A stretch of DNA of 63,942 nt, the filler included, from Malassezia furfur (Eukaryota), in NCBI GenBank assembly GCA_052055015.1. It is 3 parts of 3 records of this genome, joined end to end, with 100 filler letters (N's around TTAATTAATTAA, not from the genome) between each part and the next. Parts side by side here need not be neighbours in the genome. Positions count along the whole stretch, not along the records: positions 47,652 to 63,942 come from JBQJIT010000251.1; 2 more parts are not named here. The stretch is one strand, 5' to 3'. The position numbers and the translations under genes are program-made. This document shows positions 55,031-63,942 of the stretch, piece by piece (within the stretch, counting starts at the first letter, position 1; each line of letters starts with the position of its first letter). The notes beneath the pieces are model-generated. The model was given only the letters and a program-made list of their open reading frames with translations, did not search any database and was not told the origin of the DNA.

Positions 55031-56458
55031 CTACTTGGTCTTGGCCGACTCGTCCGGACGCTGGCGCCCGACGGGGTGCTCCGTCTTCCACCAGGCAACG
55101 CTGCGGTCGATGGCCTCGTCCATGCCCACCAGGGGCTCGTATCCAAGGACGCGGCGTGCTTTTTCAATGTTGTAGTAACGCGCGCACACCGTGTACACCA
55201 CGCGATACCGCGTGAACTGCACCGGGCGGCGGGTAATGAACGAAAACAGCTCGGCGAGCAAAGCAAGGAACATGGCAAGGCGCAGGCCCAGCACCCACAC
55301 CGTCTTGTCCGACACCACATGCCCGTCGTAGCGGTACCATAGCGCACGAGGGAAGTCCCAGAATGCGATGGGCTGTCCGTTCGTAATGAAGAACGCCTCG
55401 CCGGCTGCCGACAGCGAGTCCTTGGCGAGCGAGTGTACCTTAGGACGCGGGTTCCCGCCCGCGGCCGTGGTGGGGTACGCGTGGTGGAAGAGCGCATCGA
55501 AGCGGTTACGGAACACCACGCGGCTGTCCAGGCCCGTCTTGTCGTCCATGCGGTCCTTGTGGGTGCGTGCATAGTCCGTGGCAGGCGCCGGAACATCCTG
55601 GCGGTCCGTCGAGATGGGCACCTTGCGGTACTTTGCGACCTCCTCCTCGCCGAGCGCTCGGTGGGGCAGGTGTTCAGTGACCAACAGACCGGCATCGTAC
55701 TCCTTCGGCGGGTGTGCATTCGGGCCCTCGGCGACACCCAGCGCATCAGCAGCCAGCAAGTGTGCGTGGGCGACGTTCTCGACATACGTCCAATCGAACA
55801 GGTTTTGGTTGTTGCCGATCTGCACATTGGTGCGCCCAGACGCGAGCACATTGAAGAAGCCAGGCAGTGCCTGGCGGTCTCCCGGGCCAAAGATGCCCGC
55901 AGGGCGCAGTGAGACCGTCTTCAGGCCCTCGGGGTCGTTGGCGGCAAGCACAGCGGTCTCGGCGCGCGCTTTGGTGTCATTGTAGGCGTCCAAGGGCTTC
56001 AGCGGATACTGCAGACGCTCGTCGACATACACCAGGTCGCGCCCCCCAAACACTACGCCGGCGCTCGAGGTAAACACAAACTTGGCAATGTGGTTGGCCT
56101 TGTTCTTGGCGACCTGCAGCAGGGTATGTGTGCCTCCAACATTCACCTTTTCGTACACCTGTGCCCCGAGACCCGCGACAGGGCTCGCCGTGTGGTACAG
56201 CACGACCGACAGCGGCTTCGACAAGGACGCACTCGTAGCCTTCTGTGCATTCTGCAGCGCCTTGGTGACCGACGCATTGCTCGTCAGATCGCCCTCGAAG
56301 TAGTGCACGCCAGCGATCGGCTCGGCCGGCTCGCGCAGGTCAAAGACAGCGACCGACTTCTCACCACGGTTCACAAGTGCATGGACGATATGCGAGCCCA
56401 AGAAGCCCGCGCCGCCGATCACAAAGTGCAATTCCTGCGTCGGAGCGCTGCGCGACAT
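55031..56458 (-). CDS. ERG26: C-3 sterol dehydrogenase / C-4 decarboxylase (NSDHL)
   Basis: GGAGFLG Rossmann motif, HTASP, VNV.GT, TSSAGVVF, YNDTKA (YxxxK), LRPAGIFGPGDRQ, FDWTYVENVAHAH, GEAFFITN. Confidence 0.92.
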   Translation of the reverse strand: MSRSAPTQELHFVIGGAGFLGSHIVHALVNRGEKSVAVFDLREPAEPIAGVHYFEGDLTSNASVTKALQNAQKATSASLSKPLSVVLYHTASPVAGLGAQVYEKVNVGGTHTLLQVAKNKANHIAKFVFTSSAGVVFGGRDLVYVDERLQYPLKPLDAYNDTKARAETAVLAANDPEGLKTVSLRPAGIFGPGDRQALPGFFNVLASGRTNVQIGNNQNLFDWTYVENVAHAHLLAADALGVAEGPNAHPPKEYDAGLLVTEHLPHRALGEEEVAKYRKVPISTDRQDVPAPATDYARTHKDRMDDKTGLDSRVVFRNRFDALFHHAYPTTAAGGNPRPKVHSLAKDSLSAAGEAFFITNGQPIAFWDFPRALWYRYDGHVVSDKTVWVLGLRLAMFLALLAELFSFITRRPVQFTRYRVVYTVCARYYNIEKARRVLGYEPLVGMDEAIDRSVAWWKTEHPVGRQRPDESAKTK

Positions 56459-56525
56459 CGTAGGCAAAAAGGCAGCGCAGGGCGAAAACCACGTGGTCTC
56501 CCCCCTTCGACGCGTTGCGACGCCC

Positions 56526-57083
56526 ATGTGGTACGTGGGCGCGGCTGACGCAGCAAGCACATCTTGAACGCACAGGTCGCAGTCCGGGCGCCATGCTGCC
56601 GCAAGTTCTTTGATGTACGTCGCAAGGCTCACACAGTGTCCCCAGTGCCACGATGAGCAAGAGTCACACCCTCTGGCCAAGACGACGGAACTCGCGTTCC
56701 TGTGCAAGAAGTGCCGACGCGCCTTCCGCAAAGACATGGCGGTGTATGAGCCAGAGGACGAGTATTGCCCGCACTGTGACAACCACTATGTGATCGAAGC
56801 AAAAACACCTCAGCTCATGCTCCAAGTGGAAGGGGAGGATGGTCGCGTCGACCCTAGGTACGTGCGCGCCGACTTATGCAGTATGATCCGCGACGAGCGC
56901 GTCAAAGAGCGCGTACCCAGCACGCAGGATGGTGCCAAAATCGACCATGGAGGATACCAGGCGGCGGCGGTCGCCTTCCAACAAAAGCTTGCCTCGGGCC
57001 AAGCGACCAGCAACTCGTCACAAGCACCGCAAACACCACAGATCCCGTTGGACCAGCTAGACGCCGAACTAGATTGGGATTGA
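56526..57083 (+). CDS. CHY zinc-finger protein (3 introns; 5-nt first coding exon)
   Basis: Spliced MC|KHILNAQVAVRAPCCRKFFD|CPQCHDE...H.L...CKKCRRAFRKD...DEYCPHCDNHYVIEA. Confidence 0.88.
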
Positions 57084-57126
57084 ACTACGTAGCTGCGGTA
57101 CATAGATACCCGATTCAGAAAACGTC

Positions 57127-57476
57127 TTAGGCAAGGCTCTTGACCTCCTCGAGGTACTTGGCGAACTCGGCGTCGTCTGGGTCAGTCAGATGTACCACGT
57201 ACCCTTGTACGGCTCGAGCATATCGAAGAAGGCCTGCACATACTCCTTCTTGGCGTCCTCCGACGACTTGCCCTTGAGCTTGTTCCAGGCGTCCCACTTG
57301 TAGCGGCCGCTCATGTCGAGCATGCCCGGGCGCGACGTGTTGACGTCGCCGACCGTGGCCTGCTTGTACAGAGAGTAGACCTTGAGCTGGTCGTTCTGGC
57401 TCACCTTAACAGGCGAGTTCTTGGGCATGCCCTGGATAAGCTCGACGGCCTTCTTGAACTGCTCCTCGACACCCAT
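57127..57476 (-). CDS. ACB1: Acyl-CoA-binding protein (1 intron)
   Basis: F.KAV.....P, L.VYSLYKQATVGD.NT.RPGMLD..GR.KWDAW..LKG.S.EDAK..YV. Confidence 0.93.
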
Positions 57477-57649
57477 GTTGGTAGTAGATGGGGACCCCAC
57501 CGAAGCCGGGCCCCAGAATCCCCACGCACCGCTTTCAAAGCTTCCATGCGCGGACCAATCGAAGCAATGCTTACTAAAAAGTCTACGTGGCTCCTGCAGA
57601 GCCGACGCCCAGCCACGCGCCCACGGCGCGCTTTCCGCTCACAACGAAG

Positions 57650-58570
57650 ATGCGGGTCGTCCGTGCGCTGCAGGGCTTGGTGGCAGTAGTGGGCGCCTGT
57701 GCGGCGCTCGTGCAGGGCACCTCGTACGATATCAAGGATGCGCGCCTCTCCGTACAATCCTTCGATGGCTCTCCGCGTGTCTCGCAGCGGTATGCGTCCA
57801 AAGATGCGGTACTGGCCAAGCAGCTCGTCGCCGAACCTGACGACGTGATTCGATTCTCCTTTACGATTGCAGATGGCGCGGGCAATCAGGTGACGGGAAT
57901 TTCTCTCCCCCATCAAGTGTGGGTCGTTCTCGCGGACGCTGCGCAGGAAGATGCGGCGCGGTCGTTCGTTTGGCCGCTTCGTGTGCGGGAAAGCAATGCT
58001 GGCGCTTCATTCAACCTGCGCATGGACAAGCTTTCACCGGAAGTGCGGCAGATGCTCGCCCAGCGAGGCCCGGATAAGGTGTATGCGCTGACACTACTGA
58101 TCGGCTCTTTCGCGCCGAGCGCGGCCGAGCGCCTGGACGCGCTGACGCTGCCATTCCTGAAACTCGAGTTTGGCACCAAGCTCCTTGCACGTCTCTCTAC
58201 GACGCTTGTCTCGGCACGCGAGCTGGCCGAGACCGAGGATGGGTTCCGGCCGATGCGTGACCACTTCCATACCTTTGCGGTCGAGCCATGGCAGACGATG
58301 CCACCTAAGGTCGTGAGCCTGGCCGTGGCATGTATGATCATCGCTGGGCCATGGCTGCTTCTTGTGTCGCTGTGGAAACCGAGTACGTTTAAGCGGAAAC
58401 CCACCTTCGACGAAGCGAAGATGATCGCAAGTCTTGTTGCGTTTGAGCTACAGGCTCTGTGGTACTGGATCGGGATGCCGTTTTACGTCCTTGTGCCTTT
58501 GACGTTGGTCAACGCGTACAGCCTGCTGACGAGCGCCCGCACGATGCTCACGCGCACGTTTGTCTCGTAG
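57650..58570 (+). CDS. SWP1: Oligosaccharyltransferase subunit Swp1/ribophorin II-like
   Basis: Signal peptide, PHQ.W..L, L.L.IGSF, F.P....HTF......PPK..S and three C-terminal transmembrane segments. Confidence 0.65.
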   Translation: MRVVRALQGLVAVVGACAALVQGTSYDIKDARLSVQSFDGSPRVSQRYASKDAVLAKQLVAEPDDVIRFSFTIADGAGNQVTGISLPHQVWVVLADAAQEDAARSFVWPLRVRESNAGASFNLRMDKLSPEVRQMLAQRGPDKVYALTLLIGSFAPSAAERLDALTLPFLKLEFGTKLLARLSTTLVSARELAETEDGFRPMRDHFHTFAVEPWQTMPPKVVSLAVACMIIAGPWLLLVSLWKPSTFKRKPTFDEAKMIASLVAFELQALWYWIGMPFYVLVPLTLVNAYSLLTSARTMLTRTFVS

Positions 58571-58613
58571 CTCCATACCCCTTTGATCACGTGGTCTTCT
58601 CACGACGACGGCT

Positions 58614-60556
58614 ATGGACCGTGCGGAGCCTCGCAGCGAGGAAGCGGACATGGTCGACGCGGGCGTCGTCCCGTCCGAACCTCCGGCGACGCTCGAGGCG
58701 TATATACAACAAGTCCAACAGCGGCGCAAGCTGTTTGAGCCAACGCCAGCCGCGCGCGAGACGCGCAAGGGGTATACGATCGACCCCATCGGCGCCGCGC
58801 CGCATTCCACGCATATCAACGCCATGGCGCTCTTCGAGGATGCGAGCGTCCTGCTATCAGGGGGGAGCGACGGCTACGTGCGCTGGTATGACCTCTATGC
58901 GAGCGTCAACGGCAAGAATATGCTCACGCAAAACCTGCGCAGTTCCTTCGTGGAGGGCGTTGCCAAGGGCGGCGTGCTAACGTCGTGGTGGGGCAACGTG
59001 CACCTGGATGCTGGTGACCCCCTTTCGCGCCAAGATGCACCCCTGAGCCCCGTTCACAGCCTGGTGTGTGAGCGCAATGGGCTATGGGGGATCAGCGGAG
59101 GAGAGAGTGGGCAGATTAATCTGTACGGCCTGCGGCACGATCCGGGGCAGTTGCGGCATGTGTTCCGCAAGCACACTGCGGCAGTGTCCGCGCTGGCACT
59201 TTCCGACAGCCAGACAGAGCTGCTGAGCGGCGGCTGGGACCGCGGCGTCTTTGTACGTGCCCACGACTCACACAGCAATGGGACTTGCACACGGGGCAGA
59301 TGGTTCGTGCTTACGATGGGCACGCAGGTCAGATATCGAGCATCCAGTTCCGTCCGCTGCACGCGCCGAGTGCGCCCGTGCCCGACATCCACATCCGCGC
59401 CGACGCCGCAGAGACCGCCGAGGGCACATCGCCGCTTGAGGTGGAGCTTGAAGCGGAGCTGGCACAGACGATGGATACGGATGGGCCGACGAGCGATGTG
59501 CCGCCCACTGACGAACACGATGCGATCCTTGACTCGGATGCGGAGAACGAGGAGCGCGGCGACAAGGACAACGACAACGACTCCCTCTTTGGCGAGCAGG
59601 ATGAGTCGATGGCCGATGCGCGCGTCGACGGCTCTGGCGAGTCGGCTGATGCGTCGGGCGACTCAGACCTCGATGCGGACGGCGAGGCGGACCTGTTTGA
59701 TGGCGAAGATACCAAGCCCGAGGGCGACGACAGCGACGATACGCCGCAGGTACAGGCCTCAGCGCCCGCCAAGACCCCGGCGGGCCTGTCGCTCGCGCTG
59801 CCTGGGCAGCAGCGCCCCGACGTCAAGAAGGAGGCGCCGGGCGCAAGTCCACCGCCTGCCGCGCCCAAACCCGCGGCACCAATGGCGCCCGTCGTGCCCA
59901 AAACTAATGTCAAGCAGCTGCCCAAGCCCATGTTTGGCTCGATGAGCATGCCGTGGCAGTACGATGCGGACGTGTCGCGATTCAGTTCCGACATTATGCT
60001 GACGAGCACGCTCTCTGGCCAGGTGCTTCTTTGGGACCGCCGCGTGGACAACAAAGCGCGCCCTGGCGTGCGGGCACTGCCGCTGCCGCCCAACACGCCG
60101 CCGTGGTGCATGAGCGTCTGCTGGAACCACGCCGGGGACCGCATCTATGTCGGCCGGCGCAATGAGACGGTGGACGAATGGGACGTGCGTATGCTGCCGG
60201 ACGTCGCCCACCCTGAGCGCGGGCCGGCATCGCCCGCATCGGCGAATCACCAGGCGCCGCATATGCTCCAATCGCTGCGCCTTCCGCGCGGGAGTGGGCC
60301 GGTGAGTGCGGTGTCGATCATGCCCAACGACCGGCACATTGTCTGTGCGTCGTTCGACAACGTGCGCCTCTGGGACACGTACGCTGACCCGCGCACCGAG
60401 GTGCCCTTCAAGATTGTCGCGGGGCACCATGGCGGTACCATCTCGCAGATGCTGGTCGACGAGCGCGCGCAGTTCCTGTTGACCAGCTCCGGGGACCGGG
60501 GGTGGTTCTCGACGAGCACCGAGACGCTGCTGCTGCACGAAATTTTGGTGCTGTAG
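58614..60556 (+). CDS. SPT8: SAGA complex WD40 subunit Spt8 (1 intron near 59253-59275)
   Basis: Y.I.P..AAPH.T.INA, SGGSDGY.R.YD, SPVHSL, SG.E.G.INL..LRH..G, PPWCMS.CW, IY.GRRN.TV.EWD, LP..SG.VS.V, CAS.DNVRLW, PF.IVAGHHGG.IS, SGDRGW. Confidence 0.93.
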
Positions 60557-60568
60557 ATGTACATACCC

Positions 60569-61587
60569 CTATTGCTTCTGGAATTTCACCTGGACCCACA
60601 CACGGTACATGCGCTTCTTCTCCTTGCGGTTCACTAGCAGGCGGCGGTCGACGGCCATCTGCAGCGTCCGGAAATGGTGCGTGTCGTCGGTGTGGTCGTC
60701 GTCGCGCGCCTCGCGCGGCGATGCGTCAAACAGGGCATACAGCTCATTCGGCTCAAAGAAATAGACCCGCGTACCGTCACCGCGCACGTAAAAGTTGTCG
60801 TCGAGCATGCGGTTCTTTTTGAAGCGCAACTGCGGCAGATCGTGCCGGCCGTAGTCGCGTAGGAGCACCAGCCCCGTCTTGGGCTTGAGCATCGAGTACA
60901 CGTTGTGAGCCGCTGACGCCCACTCGCGAGGGTGCAGTGCCGAGAGCACAAACACCAACACGACAATATCGACACTGCCCGGCTCGACGCCGGGTGGGAG
61001 CTGAGCATCGGTGGCCGAGCCTGCGCTCAGGTCCCATACATGAGCATCGCAGCGCCCACACGGGGGGTTGGTGTACAGCGGATTCGCACGGATTACTTCG
61101 ACGGCCTGCGCCGCATAGTCGCACGCCACGAGCCTCAACTCGGGGTTCTGGTTTGCGGCGAGCAGCGGGAATACGGTGTTCCCCGCGCCGCAGCCCACCT
61201 CAACGATGGTCCGGGGCCCAGCATCGGGGTGCGTTGCTTGGATGAGCTCTGGGAACTCGAGGTGGAGCCACTTGCGGTCCTTGAAAAAGCGGTTCTCGTG
61301 GCGTGAATAGAACGTGTCCCAGAATCCTGCGGCATTATTGTGGTAGACATTCGCGTCGGCGTCGCTCACGCGCGTCTCGGCCTGCTTCGCGAGCAGTTCG
61401 TCGACCATCGCGAGGTGCTCAGGCGGCGGCTCCACGTGGTCCCTGCGCGTGTGAGGCGGTGCACGTACCATGCATTGTAGTTCCACACGTCTTCCGCATC
61501 GTCCAGCGTGCGCGAACCGATCGTGTGGTCCGGCGCGCTACCGCCGATCGGACGCGCCGACGACGTACTTTTTTTGGTGTCGCTCAT
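60569..61587 (-). CDS. TRM140: tRNA m3C methyltransferase (Trm140/METTL2 family), 1 intron
   Basis: NAW|DHV, WD.FY..HEN.FFKDRKWL..EFPEL, EVGCGAGNTVFP, FVLSALHP, RDYGR.D..QLRF, YVRGDGTRVYFF, DRRLLVNRK..MYRVW.Q. Confidence 0.93.
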
Positions 61588-61604
61588 CGTCGACCTCCAC
61601 AATC

Positions 61605-62223
61605 ATGACACGCCTCACGTTTGTGACTGGCAACGCGAACAAGCTGCGCGAGGTGAAGCAGATCCTCGAGGCTGCACCCAACTCGAGCTGGACGCTCGAG
61701 TCCAAGGAACTGGATGGTAGGTGATATGCTAACGCCGCAGTTCCCGAGGTCCAGGGCACGACGCAGGAAGTCGCGCTGGCCAAGTGCCGCTCGGCCGCGC
61801 AGCAGCTGCAGGCGCCGTGCCTCACGGAGGACACGGCGCTGTGCTTCTCGGCGCTGAATGGTCTTCCGGGTCCGTACATCAAAGACTTTTTGAAGAACCT
61901 CCGGCATGACGGTAGGTCGTGCGACTCACGCAGGCCTCAACCAGCTGATCGCTGGCTTTGACGACAAGCGCGCGACGGCGCTGTGCACGTTTGCCTTCTC
62001 ACCTGGCCCGAACGAGGAGCCCATCCTGTTCGAGGGAACCACCGAGGGCCGCATTGTGCCTCCGCGCGGCCCGACGCGCTTTGGGTGGGACCCCATCTTT
62101 GAGGTCGCTGACATGGGCAAGACGTTTGCCGAGATGGACGGCGCGGAAAAGAACAAGGTATCGCACCGCGCGCGTGCGCTTGCCAAGCTGCAGGCCTACT
62201 TGGAAAAGACTAGCCCACAATAG
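61605..62223 (+). CDS. HAM1: Inosine triphosphate pyrophosphatase (2 introns)
   Basis: [35 protein letters not shown]...G.IV.PRG...FGWDP.F, T.AEM....KN..SHR.RAL. Confidence 0.96.
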
Positions 62224-63817
62224 GGAACACGAGCGATGCGAGCCAATAGCGGATCGCAAAGGCCACGGTCGATCCGACGAGCTGCACCCCCATAACGTAG
62301 TACCATAGCCCGCGCTCCGTGGTGCACAGGGTGTCTTGCACGCCCTCGACGCGCAGCGCCGGGTCAGCGTTGGGCGGCAATTCCTTGTCCGCCTCGGCGG
62401 CGTCGATGGGCGCGGGGCGCACACCGCGCGCGACGAGCAGCGCATTGAGTAGCGTCAGGTTGGTTACGCCCACCTGCTGGCCCCGCGTGTCGTAGACGGG
62501 CGCAACGACGCGCAGCGTCTGCAGCCCGCGTACCACGGCCGCGGTGGCGCGCTGCTTGGCCTTCGAGCGGTGCCGCGCAAGACGCACGCACGACGGCACG
62601 AGGCGCCCCGTCGCGCGGTCGACGAACGGCACGCGGTGCCGAGGGCAGGGCACAAGGCCAAACAGCTGCGGGCAGCTCAGCACAAAGTTGAAGATCTGCG
62701 GCAAGAAGAAGAGGAGGAGCGTCTTGGAGTAGTGCCCGAGGATGCCTGCAGACACGAGTACCATGCCGGCAAAGTAGCAGTAGGTGTCGCCCACGAACAC
62801 GCGCGCAGGGTATCGGTTCCACAGTAGGAGCGCGGCGCTGGTGCCGACAAAGGGCAGGAGGAGGTGCAGGCTGAAGAGGTGACGCGCGACCACTTCAGGC
62901 TGGGCATGTGCGTCGGATACGGGGTGCGCGGCGCCAAGCGTGCGGGCGACGACGGCGCGCAGGTCGAGGTAGAGCAGGTCGTTCACGCACACACTCAGGG
63001 CAATCACGAGCGCCTGCCCGACCTCGACACCGTTAATGCCCGCAAGGATGTTGATGCAGTTGGTGCAAAAGGTGGCCAAAAGCATCATGTACACGTAGTA
63101 CAGCACGCCGAGGTCCAAGGCGCTGCTGTGCAGCACCATGCGGAGGAACGAGGGCCAGGCGGGCACAACCACGCTCGTCGACCCGCCGCTCGCGACGTAC
63201 ACGACGAGCATCGGGATGCTCGACAGCAGCGGGATCGGCAGCTTGTACCGCCAGCGGATGTCGAGCACGTCGTCGACAAAGCCCAGCATCGTCCCCGAGT
63301 AGATGGAGAGCAGCGCCGAGAGGAACGTCGCCAAATCCTGGTGCACGCTCGTGACCGACACGCTGTACTTCTGCGGACCAAAGTAGCGGAACGGGATAAA
63401 CACCAGCACCAGGAACAGGTACACCGCTGCGCACGGCAGGCCGAGCGACTCAGGGATGCGCGGCGCCGACACGCCGGGCGCCGCGAGCGCAGCCTTCATC
63501 AGGTCGATGCCGGACAGGCCCTGTGCGAGGAAGGCGGCCCGTGACCAGCCAATGGCGACGTACGCGAGCACCCCGCCGAACACGGCGAGTGCGAACGAGA
63601 CGGCAAGCGCAGGGAAGGACGCGTCCAGCGCGTGCACAACGTCGGCAAAGCGGCGCAGCGGTGTGCCCACGCGCCACGCCCACGCGCCTGCATGTAGCGC
63701 ACATGCCCCAGGTGCCGCACGGCACACGGCGTCCGCAACGTGCGGCTGCACGGCGCCCACAAGGTAGGCGGCGCACGGCGCCAGCACCGCGCCGCCGGCG
63801 AGCAGGCTCCACCGCAT
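62210..63817 (-). CDS. ALG7: UDP-GlcNAc:dolichol-phosphate GlcNAc-1-P transferase
   Basis: [80 protein letters not shown]. Confidence 0.95.
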   Translation of the reverse strand: MRWSLLAGGAVLAPCAAYLVGAVQPHVADAVCRAAPGACALHAGAWAWRVGTPLRRFADVVHALDASFPALAVSFALAVFGGVLAYVAIGWSRAAFLAQGLSGIDLMKAALAAPGVSAPRIPESLGLPCAAVYLFLVLVFIPFRYFGPQKYSVSVTSVHQDLATFLSALLSIYSGTMLGFVDDVLDIRWRYKLPIPLLSSIPMLVVYVASGGSTSVVVPAWPSFLRMVLHSSALDLGVLYYVYMMLLATFCTNCINILAGINGVEVGQALVIALSVCVNDLLYLDLRAVVARTLGAAHPVSDAHAQPEVVARHLFSLHLLLPFVGTSAALLLWNRYPARVFVGDTYCYFAGMVLVSAGILGHYSKTLLLFFLPQIFNFVLSCPQLFGLVPCPRHRVPFVDRATGRLVPSCVRLARHRSKAKQRATAAVVRGLQTLRVVAPVYDTRGQQVGVTNLTLLNALLVARGVRPAPIDAAEADKELPPNADPALRVEGVQDTLCTTERGLWYYVMGVQLVGSTVAFAIRYWLASLVFPIVG

Positions 63818-63942
63818 CGTGGCCTATGGCTGACTAAATAGGGCCGTGCGCGGCCGCGAGCGTACGGCGCGGCGCGGCGCGCCACGGCGCACAGTGCACC
63901 GCGCGTGCCGCGTGCCACTGCGCCGCGGCCTGCGACGGGGGT

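Noticed and set aside
55006..55890. N-terminal extension of CDK11 (711-aa ORF) suggesting an ERG26-CDK11 overlap or fusion
   Set aside because: The extension is an alternative frame of ERG26 with no protein-like character; ERG26 has its own stop at 55031 and CDK11 a plausible ATG at 55005.

Overview
This is eukaryotic, not prokaryotic, DNA: a very gene-dense, GC-rich fungal genome segment with tiny spliceosomal introns (GTACGT/GTAGGT/GTATGT donor, CTNAC-type branch, YAG acceptor). Compaction, intron size and protein sequences point to a basidiomycete yeast, most likely Malassezia (inference). About 36 protein-coding genes are recognisable, mostly housekeeping: FG-nucleoporin, DUF423, ATP15, SWR1, ARL5-like, MFAP1, DENND11/Anr2-like, RCL1, a cystathionine beta-lyase–mevalonate kinase fusion, MET17, COX5, CCT2, METTL4-like MT-A70, SNO1, RIM15, an MFS transporter, DRE2, PRCC-like, EMP24, YRB1, TFC1, POL12, NOP58, rhodanese, an HSP20-like candidate, PSD1, ARMC8/VID28, NUP82, importin-9, an ankyrin/CCCH protein, an RRM-like orphan, BolA, CDK11, ERG26, a CHY finger, ACB1, SWP1, SPT8, TRM140, HAM1 and ALG7. 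Two 100-nt N44-TTAATTAATTAA-N44 linkers (23733-23832, 47552-47651) are artificial contig joins, so the window is three pieces whose adjacency is unproven. The most notable observations are: 21-25 nt introns (some obligatory); the sulfur/isoprenoid enzyme fusion next to MET17; a structured U1-snRNA-like candidate; a tandem array of TCGG-N6-CCGA sites upstream of an orphan RRM gene in the lowest-GC island; a recurrent (A/G)TCACGTG promoter element; and extreme gene packing, including divergent ATGs 17 nt apart. All family assignments come from motif recognition by eye; no searches were run.
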